A stretch of DNA of 64,000 nucleotides, from the NCBI GenBank assembly GCA_038256135.1, contig JBBSKR010000001.1:24740-88739 (forward strand), in the 5' to 3' direction. The translations under genes were made by a program, and so were the position numbers. The stretch comes from Flavobacteriales bacterium (GTDB lineage: Bacteria; Bacteroidota; Bacteroidia; Flavobacteriales; Flavobacteriaceae). Of this stretch, positions 27,889 to 37,179 are shown piece by piece (positions within the stretch are counted from its first letter, which is position 1; each line of letters opens with the position of its first letter). The notes under the pieces were generated by a model, which saw nothing but the letters and a program-made list of their open reading frames with translations, was not told the origin of the DNA and did no database searches.

Positions 27889-27931
27889 GGTTGTTTTCCT
27901 ACAATGCCTCGTTGGCTTGCCCCGAGGTTGT

Positions 27932-28654
27932 TTACTTCCCTTGGAATAAGTAAGTAATAGTACCCTTTTGAACGGCCTTATCAGAAGAATTGAACCTTGC
28001 TTTTAGGGCATAGGCAATTGCATTGTCAACAAGGCATCCGTTGGAAGTACCAGAACTGTTTTCATTGAAATCCGCTTTGGTAACATAACCTAATCCATCT
28101 ACTTCGATATTGATCACAACTTTACCGCCTTCAATACACGTGTATATTGGAGGGGGTAATTTGTAATTGTTCCGACCAACCAACGAATAAGATACGGAAG
28201 TTCTTCTGGCCGCTAGATTATTGGTGAATTCCTTCTTCTCTGCCTCCTTTTCACCTAACAGCTGCTTTTTTTCTTCCCGTTTTTTGGCCAGTGCTTTTAC
28301 TCTATCGGCATACTCGGCATCAGAAATCATATCATCGGTGGTTTCGCCTTCACTCATTTCACTACGTTCCTCCAACAGTTCTTCCAAGGTTTTCAAGGGC
28401 TCCGGATTACCGTAACTTGGTTTGGCCGTTTCGTTAAATGCCATATGGCTTTTAATCGGATCGGCTTTTGCTTGGTTTTCTTGTAATTCTTCCTTTAATA
28501 TTTCCTCCAATATTTCTGGGTCCAATAGCATTTCTACCACATATTCATCCTGATCTTCCTCGCCGCCCAATTGAATACTGTACAAAACCAACACCACAAT
28601 CGCCATACTGAATATGGTGATAAGCAATGATAATTGTTTTCCGTTCAGATTCAT
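27932..28654 (-). CDS. Membrane-anchored protein with an acidic linker and a TonB-C-like C-terminal domain
   Basis: N-terminal TM helix, Glu/Asp-rich linker, and a C-terminal ~90 aa (YTCIEGGKVVINIEVDGLGYVTKADF...) resembling an energy-transducer C-terminal fold. Confidence 0.45.
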   Translation of the reverse strand: MNLNGKQLSLLITIFSMAIVVLVLYSIQLGGEEDQDEYVVEMLLDPEILEEILKEELQENQAKADPIKSHMAFNETAKPSYGNPEPLKTLEELLEERSEMSEGETTDDMISDAEYADRVKALAKKREEKKQLLGEKEAEKKEFTNNLAARRTSVSYSLVGRNNYKLPPPIYTCIEGGKVVINIEVDGLGYVTKADFNENSSGTSNGCLVDNAIAYALKARFNSSDKAVQKGTITYLFQGK

Positions 28655-28732
28655 ATCTATATAACCTTAATAATAAAAAAATATTTCAAGATATCGCTAT
28701 AACGTAAAGCTTTGTTTAACCATTCGCTGTCT

Positions 28733-29425
28733 TTATAGCCCTAACAAAGTATTTGCCAATACGATAGGATCTTGGGCTATATCTACGTTAAAATCACCTA
28801 TTTTGGTTCTTCTCAAGGCTGTTAAATGTGCTCCAGATCCAAGTTCTTTTCCAAAATCATGGGCAATGGAGCGTATATAGGTACCTTTACTACAGGCAAT
28901 CCTGAAATGAACATCTAGATCTTTTATGGCGGTAATTTCAAAGGTCGTAACTACAATTTTTCGTTTGGCAATGGATACCGATTTTCCTTCACGGGCCAAT
29001 TCGTACAAACGCTTTCCATCTTTTTTTATTGCTGAAAAAATGGGCGGAGCCTGCTCTATTTCACCTATAAATGCAGAAGTGGTCAATTGAATTTTTTCTG
29101 GTGTAATTTGTGCCGTAGGATAAGTTCTGTCTACTTCGGTTTCAAGATCAAAAGAAGGGGTAGTAGCTCCTAAGGTAATGATACCCGTATATTCCTTTTC
29201 TTGGCCTTGGTATTCGGTAAGGTTCTTGGTGAATTTACCGGTACAGACAACCAATAATCCGGTAGCTAAGGGATCTAACGTGCCCGCATGCCCAATTTTA
29301 AATTTTTTTAAACCGAATTTTTTTCTGATCGCCCATTTCAATTTATTGACCGCTTGAAATGAGGACCAACCCAAAGGTTTGTCTATTAATAAGACTTGAC
29401 CGTTCAAATAGTCGTCTTTCGTCAC
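28733..29425 (-). CDS. truB: tRNA pseudouridine(55) synthase
   Basis: GHAGTLDPLATGLLVV catalytic Asp motif; 230 aa. Confidence 0.92.
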   Translation of the reverse strand: MTKDDYLNGQVLLIDKPLGWSSFQAVNKLKWAIRKKFGLKKFKIGHAGTLDPLATGLLVVCTGKFTKNLTEYQGQEKEYTGIITLGATTPSFDLETEVDRTYPTAQITPEKIQLTTSAFIGEIEQAPPIFSAIKKDGKRLYELAREGKSVSIAKRKIVVTTFEITAIKDLDVHFRIACSKGTYIRSIAHDFGKELGSGAHLTALRRTKIGDFNVDIAQDPIVLANTLLGL

Positions 29426-30220
29426 TTAGATAACGGTTAAGGGCTCAACAAAAAAATGAAACGCGAGAATTATACATCCAAAAATAATTCTATAATAACC
29501 GAACATTTTAAAGCCATGCTTGCTTAAATAATCTATAAAGGTTTTTATGGCTATAAGTGCAACTAAAAACCCTACCACATTCCCTATAATGAGTAGGTTG
29601 ATTTGCTCATCGGTCAAGGTAAATCCGTCTTGATAATAATCATAACTTTTTTTTAAGGTAGCCCCCAACATCGTAGGGACTGCAAGAAAAAAAGAAAATT
29701 CAGCTGCAGTGGTTCTTGAGAGTTTTTGTGACATGCCCCCCACAATACTGGCACCACTTCTAGAAACGCCGGGTATCATCGCCAAACATTGAAAAAATCC
29801 AATTTTTAATGCAGTACTATAGGAAATGGATTGCTCTTGTTCTTCTTCACCATAGTCAAACCAATCGTCCACCTTCAATAGGATTAAACCGCCAACAACA
29901 AGTGATACGGCAACGACAATGGGACTTTCCAATAAGGAGTCGATAAAATCACTAAGCAATAAGCCTAGAATAACTGCGGGTATAAAAGCAACCAGCAATT
30001 TTAAATAGAAGTCGACACTCTGGAAAAACCGTTTGAAATAGAGTACCACTACAGATAGAATAGTGCCTAGTTGAATGACAATGGTAAAGAGCTTGGTAAA
30101 ATCTTCCTGTGCTATACCAAAAAACGAGGAAGTAATAATCATGTGACCGGTTGATGAAACAGGTAGATATTCCGTAATACCTTCAATGATTGCAAGTACT
30201 ATAGCTTCAAATATATCCAA
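29426..30220 (-). CDS. uppP: Undecaprenyl-diphosphate phosphatase
   Basis: [14 protein letters not shown] and [10 protein letters not shown] motifs; polytopic; 264 aa. Confidence 0.92.
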   Translation of the reverse strand: MDIFEAIVLAIIEGITEYLPVSSTGHMIITSSFFGIAQEDFTKLFTIVIQLGTILSVVVLYFKRFFQSVDFYLKLLVAFIPAVILGLLLSDFIDSLLESPIVVAVSLVVGGLILLKVDDWFDYGEEEQEQSISYSTALKIGFFQCLAMIPGVSRSGASIVGGMSQKLSRTTAAEFSFFLAVPTMLGATLKKSYDYYQDGFTLTDEQINLLIIGNVVGFLVALIAIKTFIDYLSKHGFKMFGYYRIIFGCIILAFHFFVEPLTVI

Positions 30221-30226
30221 TGGGGC

Positions 30227-30487
30227 TTATTTTTTTGGGTGGGGATTCAATAAAATAGCATATATCTCAATGCCTAGGCCAATAAGTACCAAAGTGGGGG
30301 CCAATCGTATTCGTCTAAAATTATAAATCTCTGGATTGAAAACATTGGGATCATCGCTACTGCCACCGCTCATAAGTATAAAACCTAAGGCAATGCAGGC
30401 AATACCGATGAACATGAACATATAGTTCTTCTTCTGAAAAATAAATTCTTGTTTGGACTGTCGCAGTACTTTATTCTTTTTGCTCAT
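30227..30487 (-). CDS. DUF3098-family small membrane protein
   Basis: An 86-aa two-TM protein located between the ftsX-like gene and uppP, the synteny I recall for Bacteroidota. Confidence 0.6.
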   Translation of the reverse strand: MSKKNKVLRQSKQEFIFQKKNYMFMFIGIACIALGFILMSGGSSDDPNVFNPEIYNFRRIRLAPTLVLIGLGIEIYAILLNPHPKK

Positions 30488-30496
30488 GGCGCAAAT

Positions 30497-31375
30497 TTAA
30501 TAATATAATTCGTCCGTACGAAGGTTAAGGAAGCGTTGGGTGGCAAAATAGGTACTAATCAACGAAATAAGGATTCCCAATAGAAAAACGCTGACAAATA
30601 ATATGATAAGAATATAGGGTTCTTCCAGTAGGCCCAAATCTTGAAAATTAGTATTTACGTAATACACTACAGCACCTATGGCCAAAAGAGCGAGTGCCGC
30701 CCCGATCATGCCCAGTTTAATATTCTGCCAAATGAAAGGTTTTCTTATAAAAGTCTTTGTGGCCCCTACCATTTGCATGGTCTTGATGATAAACCGTTTG
30801 GAATAGATTGAAAGCCGAATGGAACTATTGATCAACAATACGGCGATAAAAGTAAAAAGGGCACTTGCAACCAAAATCCAAAATCCTATTTTTTCAACAC
30901 TTTTGGCAACCATGCTCACCAAAACCCTATCATAACTTACCTCATCAACAAAATTCTTCTCTGAAAGCGTTGCCGCAATTTCTTGTACTTTTTCTGCCGT
31001 TACAAATTCCGCTTTCAATTTTATATCGATGGAATTTTTTAGCGGATTATAACCTAGGTAATCCACAAAATCCTCACCGATTTCCTCGCTGTGTTGTTTT
31101 GCGGCCTCTTCCTTTGAAACATAGGTAGCAGATTTTGTGTATTCTGACATGGCCAATGTCTTTTGCAACTGTTCCACTTCAATTTCTTTCGTATCCTCTT
31201 TCAAAAAAATAGAAATGGTAATCTGTTCTTTAGAGCGATCCGCCATTTTTTTGGTGTTCAATACCAAAAGGCCTAGAATTCCTAACAGGAATAGGACTAA
31301 AGCAATACTGAGCACCACCGAAAAATAGGAGGAGATGAGTTTGCGTCGTTGATAATTTTCGAAGGAATTGGCCAT
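30497..31375 (-). CDS. ftsX: FtsX-like cell-division permease
   Basis: N-terminal TM helix, periplasmic domain, and a C-terminal three-TM FtsX domain (TMQMVGATKTFIRKPF). Confidence 0.8.
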   Translation of the reverse strand: MANSFENYQRRKLISSYFSVVLSIALVLFLLGILGLLVLNTKKMADRSKEQITISIFLKEDTKEIEVEQLQKTLAMSEYTKSATYVSKEEAAKQHSEEIGEDFVDYLGYNPLKNSIDIKLKAEFVTAEKVQEIAATLSEKNFVDEVSYDRVLVSMVAKSVEKIGFWILVASALFTFIAVLLINSSIRLSIYSKRFIIKTMQMVGATKTFIRKPFIWQNIKLGMIGAALALLAIGAVVYYVNTNFQDLGLLEEPYILIILFVSVFLLGILISLISTYFATQRFLNLRTDELYY

Positions 31376-31438
31376 AGCACTTAAAAGTGCTGTAAAAATA
31401 GGAAAGTAATGTTAAATGGAACTTAAAAAAGCAGTTGG

Positions 31439-33316
31439 TTATCGTTTCAAACTAAAATGACCTTTAAATTGAGAAGTGTCCGCTTTTATAAAATACCAAT
31501 AATCATCCGGGGGCATCTCTTTCCCTTGAAATGAGCCATCCCAAAAGGAGGCATTTGTATTTCCAAATTTTATCAAGTTGCCATAGCGATCAAAAATAGA
31601 AAATGAAACGTTAGTGAAAACATCCAACCCGTCAAGCTCAAAAATATCATTTACATTGTCCCCGTTTGGAGTAAAAAATTTTGGAATGACCAAATGGAAA
31701 AATTCTTGGGTAACTACGCCGCAATCCGTTTTATCCTTTACATAAACAGTATAGAAACCTCCTATTACCGCTTCAAAAACAGGACTATCCTGAAAACTTG
31801 TACCATCTAGCGAAAATTCAAAATTACCCGAATTTGAGGTGGAAATAATAATGGAAGGGCCATCCGATTTTATGGTATCAAACCGTGGAATATCTATTTG
31901 TGCTAAAGTTATGGTCTTGATTGCAGCACATCCATTGATATCTGTTACCAGTACGGTATAGGTTCCAGCTTCCCCAACATCAATTTCTTTCGTAGACGCT
32001 CCGGTATTCCATTCATAAGATACATTATCTAAATCTGCTGACAATTTAACACTGGTATCTTCACAAAACGTAAGCGCTTCATCTTGAACTACCGGTAAGG
32101 GATTTACGTTCAAGGTTACCGCGGTTCTGGAAATGGAAGCGCATTCTATTTGAGGAGCATTTGCTTCGGCATAGTAGGTTCCGGCAATGGCTGTTTCATA
32201 AGATATACTATTGGATAAAAGTAAATTCCCATCGATTGGTGCATCATACCAATTCACGATCATTGAATTTTCGATTCCAACTGTCATGACGCCCACTTCG
32301 CCATCGCAAATAGTGACATCGCCGTTGCTGTTAGGGGCATTCGGAATTGGGAACACAATCAATTCAAAAACATCGGAAACCACATTACATAGATCATTGG
32401 ATACATTAATGGGATCCTCCGCCGTTTTAACCCGAAAGTAGGTCGTTGCGGTAACAGCAGGGGTAGTTATTGTAGAATTGGTTTCCCCAGCAATATCCAT
32501 CCAAGTTTGTTGATCGGTACTTTGCTGCCATTGATAGGTATGGGTGATAAAAATAGAAAAATCTGGTATTGCCGTTATTGTGGTTGAAACGGCACCCTGA
32601 TCTTCACAAACGGTTAGGCTGGTTTCATCCGTATCCGTAGAAACGGTGACACTATCCCCACACGATTTAAAAACGATATCGTCAATGGCAAGGTCATTAC
32701 CGCAACCACCATTACTGTTATTTCGCATTTTTAGGATTACGGAGGATTGACCCGGTTCCGTTTTGAAAACCAAGCCGTACTGTTCCCAATTGGCGTTGGC
32801 ACTGGCAAGAATATTACCGGTATCGCCTTGGGCTAAAAGACTAGTGTCCGTTTCGTCCCAAATTTGAAAACGTACATTTACGGGAATACCATTTCCTTCA
32901 CAGCCATTTAAAGGAAGTAAATTGATGAGCCAAGAGGAAAATTCGTAGCTGGTATTCTCGCATAAACCGGATACTTGTCTTTGGTAAAATTCACCCGCAG
33001 TGAAACTGGCATTGATAATTAAGGATTTACCATTGGTGTCGCCGGGAGTGTGATCCTGTACATCGATCCAATCAAGATAATTGGTAGTACTGGAAATGGT
33101 ATAATCGCCATCTTCCGGTGTTCCTGTCACAAAATTATAACTCGTATTCCCGGCAGGCAAAGGCGGTCCATTTGTGGTTCCTGTCCCAAAATCTTCCGTA
33201 AAAATGGGGTCACCAGAATTTCCGCGACAAAAACCTAATTGTGCCTCAACTTTGGTTGAAGCAAAACACAGCAGGATGAGGGTTATGAAGACCGATCTGG
33301 GATTCCTAATTTTCAC
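31439..33316 (-). CDS. Secreted multi-domain protein with a T9SS type B (gliding-motility-associated) C-terminal sorting domain
   Basis: Signal peptide, Ig-like repeats, and C-terminal FFTPNGDNVNDIFELDG...FDRYGNLI...WDG...YWYFIK. Confidence 0.85.
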   Translation of the reverse strand: MKIRNPRSVFITLILLCFASTKVEAQLGFCRGNSGDPIFTEDFGTGTTNGPPLPAGNTSYNFVTGTPEDGDYTISSTTNYLDWIDVQDHTPGDTNGKSLIINASFTAGEFYQRQVSGLCENTSYEFSSWLINLLPLNGCEGNGIPVNVRFQIWDETDTSLLAQGDTGNILASANANWEQYGLVFKTEPGQSSVILKMRNNSNGGCGNDLAIDDIVFKSCGDSVTVSTDTDETSLTVCEDQGAVSTTITAIPDFSIFITHTYQWQQSTDQQTWMDIAGETNSTITTPAVTATTYFRVKTAEDPINVSNDLCNVVSDVFELIVFPIPNAPNSNGDVTICDGEVGVMTVGIENSMIVNWYDAPIDGNLLLSNSISYETAIAGTYYAEANAPQIECASISRTAVTLNVNPLPVVQDEALTFCEDTSVKLSADLDNVSYEWNTGASTKEIDVGEAGTYTVLVTDINGCAAIKTITLAQIDIPRFDTIKSDGPSIIISTSNSGNFEFSLDGTSFQDSPVFEAVIGGFYTVYVKDKTDCGVVTQEFFHLVIPKFFTPNGDNVNDIFELDGLDVFTNVSFSIFDRYGNLIKFGNTNASFWDGSFQGKEMPPDDYWYFIKADTSQFKGHFSLKR

Positions 33317-33419
33317 GAATCGAAGATACCGAATTTAGATTAGGGGGCATTGTTTTTTCCCCTAACGGAGTCAAAACCCGTTAATCATCATTATCTTTTT
33401 AACTTTCATCGATTCCACC

Positions 33420-33427
33420 TATTTTTG
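33420..33427 (+). promoter_or_regulatory. -7 promoter box TAttTTTG upstream of leuS
   Basis: Exact TAnnTTTG match 28 nt before ATG 33455. Confidence 0.5.
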
Positions 33428-33454
33428 CCCCTTTAAGTAAAGAAGCAAAAAAAA

Positions 33455-36400
33455 ATGCAATACAATTTCAACGAAATTGAGGCCAAGTGGCAAAAATATT
33501 GGGCAGATAACCAAACCTTTAAGGCAGGGAATGATTCCGAAAAGGAAAAATTTTATGTGTTGGACATGTTTCCATATCCATCTGGAGCTGGCCTGCATGT
33601 GGGCCATCCGCTAGGGTATATTGCAAGTGATATATACGCACGCTATAAAAGGCATAAAGGTTTTAATGTTTTGCACCCGCAGGGATATGATTCTTTCGGA
33701 CTCCCGGCGGAACAATATGCGATACAGACAGGGCAGCATCCAGCAATTACTACCGCCGAAAATATTAAGACCTATAGAAGGCAATTAGATCAATTGGGTT
33801 TTTCCTTTGACTGGAGCAGGGAAGTTCGTACTTCCAGTCCGGAGTATTATAAATGGACGCAATGGATTTTCATCCAGATTTTCAATTCTTGGTACAACAA
33901 GGATACCGATAAAGCGGAGGCTATAGATACGCTTATTACCATTTTTACAACCGATGGAAATACAAGGGTTAACGCAGTATGCGATGATGCTATTGAAGCT
34001 TTTTCTGCGGATGAATGGAATGCCTTTTCCGATACCAAAAAACAAGAAATACTTCTCAAATATAGACTGACCTATCTAGCCGATACCGAGGTAAACTGGT
34101 GTCCTGCATTAGGAACCGTATTGGCCAATGATGAAATCGTGAACGGAGTTTCAGAACGTGGCGGTCACCCGGTTGTCCGTAAAAAGATGACCCAGTGGAG
34201 TATGCGTATTTCTGCGTATGCCCAACGCTTGTTAGATGGTTTACAAAAGATAGATTGGCCACAACCACTTAAGGATTCACAGACCAATTGGATCGGGAGA
34301 AGTGAGGGGGCAAGTGTTACTTTTCAGCTACATGAAAAATCGAATGTCAGCCTGAGCGCAGTCGAAGGCCAAATAGAAGTCTTTACAACCCGTCCCGACA
34401 CCATTTTCGGGGTCTCCTTTATGACTTTGGCGCCGGAACATGATTTGGTGCATAAGATAACGACTCCTGAACAAAAAGCTGCCGTATCAGCCTACATTGA
34501 AGCCACCGCAAAACGATCGGAACGTGATCGTATGGCCGATGTAAAAACGATAACGGGTGCCTTTACGGGTGCCTACGCAGAACATCCCTTTACAAAAGAA
34601 CCTATTCCGATTTGGATTGGGGATTATGTCTTGGCCGGCTATGGAACAGGAGCCGTGATGTCCGTTCCCTGCGGAGATCAACGCGACTATGACTTTGCGA
34701 AACATTTCAATATTCCGATTCCGAATATTTTCGAAGGGATAGATATTTCTGAAGAAGCTTTTTCCGAAAAGGAAAAGACAGTTATTACCAATTCAGATTT
34801 TTTAAACGGCTTACCGTATAAGAAGGCCTTGAAACGAGCGATTTTTGAACTGGAAAAAATTGGCCAGGGAAAAGGAAAGGTGAATTACCGTTTGCGCGAT
34901 GCCGTATTCAGTAGACAACGGTATTGGGGGGAGCCTTTCCCCGTGTATTATGATGCCAACGGGATGCCACAGATGCTGGACGAACAGTTCTTGCCATTAA
35001 AATTGCCCGAAGTCGAAAAATATTTACCAACGGAAACCGGGGAACCGCCTTTAGGAAACGCAACCGAGTGGGCTTGGGATGCTGAAAAATCGATTGTTGT
35101 TAATTGTTCGATGATAGATTATAAGACCGTATTCCCATTGGAATTGAATACGATGCCAGGTTGGGCAGGAAGCTCCCAGTACTTTAATCGGTATATGGAC
35201 CCGCATAATGACGAGGAGATTTTCTCTCAAAAAGCCATTAACTATTGGCAGGATGTGGACTTATATATTGGCGGTAGCGAGCATGCCACCGGGCATTTAT
35301 TGTATTCCCGTTTTTGGCAAAAATTTATGTTCGATAAAGGCTTGGTTCCCAAAGATGAGTTTGCCAAGAAGTTGATTAATCAAGGGATGATAACGGGGAC
35401 GAGTGCTTTTTTATATCAAATAATTCCCGGTGCAATGGCTATTGATAATTCTTTATTTGCAGGAATACCTATCAAAGGATTTTCAGATATTTTTGTTTCA
35501 TCTGATATGATAGGTTTAATTGGGTATGAACCTAATACATTTGGTCATTTGGAAAACAATAAATCTAAACCGATTTTTGATTTTGTTAAGGAGAAAATTG
35601 AAGATTTGAGTAAATATTACTATACAGATGAAAATAATATTGAACATCAGTTAGGGCTAAAAATTTTACGTTTACATTTTGATGTTAACGTTGTTTTAGG
35701 GGATAACGTTCTTAATACTGACTTCGTTCAAAATAGTACTAAAAGCAGATTAAAAGATGATGTTGCTTTCTTTTTTAACAATGATGAAAAATTTATTGTT
35801 GAGCGAGAAATCGAAAAAATGTCCAAATCCAAGTACAATGTGGTTAACCCAGATGATATAGTCAAAGAGTTTGGGGCGGACAGTCTACGATTGTATGAAA
35901 TGTTCTTAGGGCCTTTGGAGCAATCCAAACCTTGGAATACGGCTGGTATTACGGGTACGCATTCATTTTTGAAAAAACTTTGGCGTTTGTATCACTCAGG
36001 TGTAAATGAAACTTTTAAAGTTATCGATTCCCCCTTTGAGGGGGGCTCGGGGGGTGTTGACTCCGAAGTTTCAAAGGAGTCCTTAAAAACGCTACACAAG
36101 ACCATTAAAAAAGTAGAGGAGGATATTGAGAGCTTCAGCTTCAATACTACGGTATCTACCTTTATGATCTGCGTCAATGAACTTTTGGCCCAAAAATGCA
36201 TCAGTAGAAAAGTGTTGGAGCCATTGGCTATCTTGGTTTCTCCCTATGCACCCCACATTGCTGAAGAATTATGGGAGAAATTGGGGCATGAGGAATCTAT
36301 TGCTACAGCACCCTTTCCAAAATTCGAGCAGAAATATTTGGTGGAGAGCAGCAAGGAATATCCGATATCGTTCAATGGAAAAATGAAGTTCACCCTGGAG

Positions 36401-36535
36401 CTTTCCTTAGACCTTTCCAAGGAAGAAATTGAGGAGGCCGTTATGGCCAATGAAAATACCCAACAACAACTACAAGGACGGGCGCCTAAAAAAGTAATTG
36501 TAGTTCCAGGTAAGATAGTAAATATCGTAGGCTAA
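33455..36535 (+). CDS. leuS: Leucine--tRNA ligase (unusually long, 1026 aa)
   Basis: HIGH motif (LHVGHPLGY), CP1 editing domain (VFTTRPDTIFGVSFMTLAPEH), KMSKS motif (EKMSKSKYNVV). Confidence 0.96.
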   Translation: MQYNFNEIEAKWQKYWADNQTFKAGNDSEKEKFYVLDMFPYPSGAGLHVGHPLGYIASDIYARYKRHKGFNVLHPQGYDSFGLPAEQYAIQTGQHPAITTAENIKTYRRQLDQLGFSFDWSREVRTSSPEYYKWTQWIFIQIFNSWYNKDTDKAEAIDTLITIFTTDGNTRVNAVCDDAIEAFSADEWNAFSDTKKQEILLKYRLTYLADTEVNWCPALGTVLANDEIVNGVSERGGHPVVRKKMTQWSMRISAYAQRLLDGLQKIDWPQPLKDSQTNWIGRSEGASVTFQLHEKSNVSLSAVEGQIEVFTTRPDTIFGVSFMTLAPEHDLVHKITTPEQKAAVSAYIEATAKRSERDRMADVKTITGAFTGAYAEHPFTKEPIPIWIGDYVLAGYGTGAVMSVPCGDQRDYDFAKHFNIPIPNIFEGIDISEEAFSEKEKTVITNSDFLNGLPYKKALKRAIFELEKIGQGKGKVNYRLRDAVFSRQRYWGEPFPVYYDANGMPQMLDEQFLPLKLPEVEKYLPTETGEPPLGNATEWAWDAEKSIVVNCSMIDYKTVFPLELNTMPGWAGSSQYFNRYMDPHNDEEIFSQKAINYWQDVDLYIGGSEHATGHLLYSRFWQKFMFDKGLVPKDEFAKKLINQGMITGTSAFLYQIIPGAMAIDNSLFAGIPIKGFSDIFVSSDMIGLIGYEPNTFGHLENNKSKPIFDFVKEKIEDLSKYYYTDENNIEHQLGLKILRLHFDVNVVLGDNVLNTDFVQNSTKSRLKDDVAFFFNNDEKFIVEREIEKMSKSKYNVVNPDDIVKEFGADSLRLYEMFLGPLEQSKPWNTAGITGTHSFLKKLWRLYHSGVNETFKVIDSPFEGGSGGVDSEVSKESLKTLHKTIKKVEEDIESFSFNTTVSTFMICVNELLAQKCISRKVLEPLAILVSPYAPHIAEELWEKLGHEESIATAPFPKFEQKYLVESSKEYPISFNGKMKFTLELSLDLSKEEIEEAVMANENTQQQLQGRAPKKVIVVPGKIVNIVG

Positions 36536-36540
36536 CAGCT

Positions 36541-36703
36541 TTACGGGAAGGTGCGACGAAGTGATCTGTAATTTTGGTACACGTATTCGGCAGGTTGCTT
36601 CACTGTGTTCGCCATGACGTCTTTACGGGGAGGTACTACGAAGTGATCTGTAACTCTGAAACACGGATTTGACAGATTGCTTCCCTGCGTTCGCAATGAC
36701 CTC
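36541..36703. repeat. Two tandem copies (81 and 82 nt) of a REP-like palindromic element, 5 nt after the leuS stop
   Basis: Copy 1 is 36541..36621 and copy 2 is 36622..36703. They align throughout (TTACGGGRAGGTRC.ACGAAGTGATCTGTAA...CAGRTTGCTTC.CTG.GTTCGC.ATGAC.TC). Each has an 11-nt inverted repeat. Confidence 0.85.
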
Positions 36704-36782
36704 GCTGTTCTTTTCCAGGATATGGTTAATTTCATATCTTGTACCTTAGGTCACTTTCGACCAGTTGCCTTAATTATACATC

Positions 36783-37037
36783 ATGGATTATATAGAAGTA
36801 TTGGGACTTATTGCTGCTACCTTGACGACAGCGGCATTTGTTCCGCAGGTGTATAAAACCTATTTACATAAATCCACAAAGGATATTTCCTTGACCATGT
36901 ATTCTGTTTTGTTGACCGGTGTATTGCTTTGGGTCATTTATGGGCTCTATATTAAAAGTTTGCCTATTGTCGCTGCAAATATGATTACGGCCTTATTATT
37001 GATTTTGATGTTGCTAATGAAAATAAAATATAAATAA
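36783..37037 (+). CDS. SemiSWEET (PQ-loop) family transporter
   Basis: 84 aa, three TM helices, PQ motif (AAFVPQVYKTY). Confidence 0.8.
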   Translation: MDYIEVLGLIAATLTTAAFVPQVYKTYLHKSTKDISLTMYSVLLTGVLLWVIYGLYIKSLPIVAANMITALLLILMLLMKIKYK

Positions 37038-37179
37038 TTAACTACACCCCTATTAAATTTAGGGTATGATGATTAAAAAAATACTTTTTGGACAATTAAC
37101 CCCTACCTTTTAACGATAATATGTTTGTTATCTGCATAATTAGCTTCAATTTTGCAGCATAACATTAAATGATAACATC

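Noticed and set aside
27858-27931. Two related small hairpins sharing GGCTTGCC: CGAGG-cttg-CCTCG inside the last codons of the thioredoxin-like gene, and CCTCG-ttggcttgcc-CGAGG between the convergent genes. They could be a REP insertion that created the C-terminus ...NAPRLASKF.
   Set aside because: The stems are only 5 bp and the similarity between the two is short. The second may simply be a weak bidirectional terminator. The evidence is not enough without a genome-wide repeat census.
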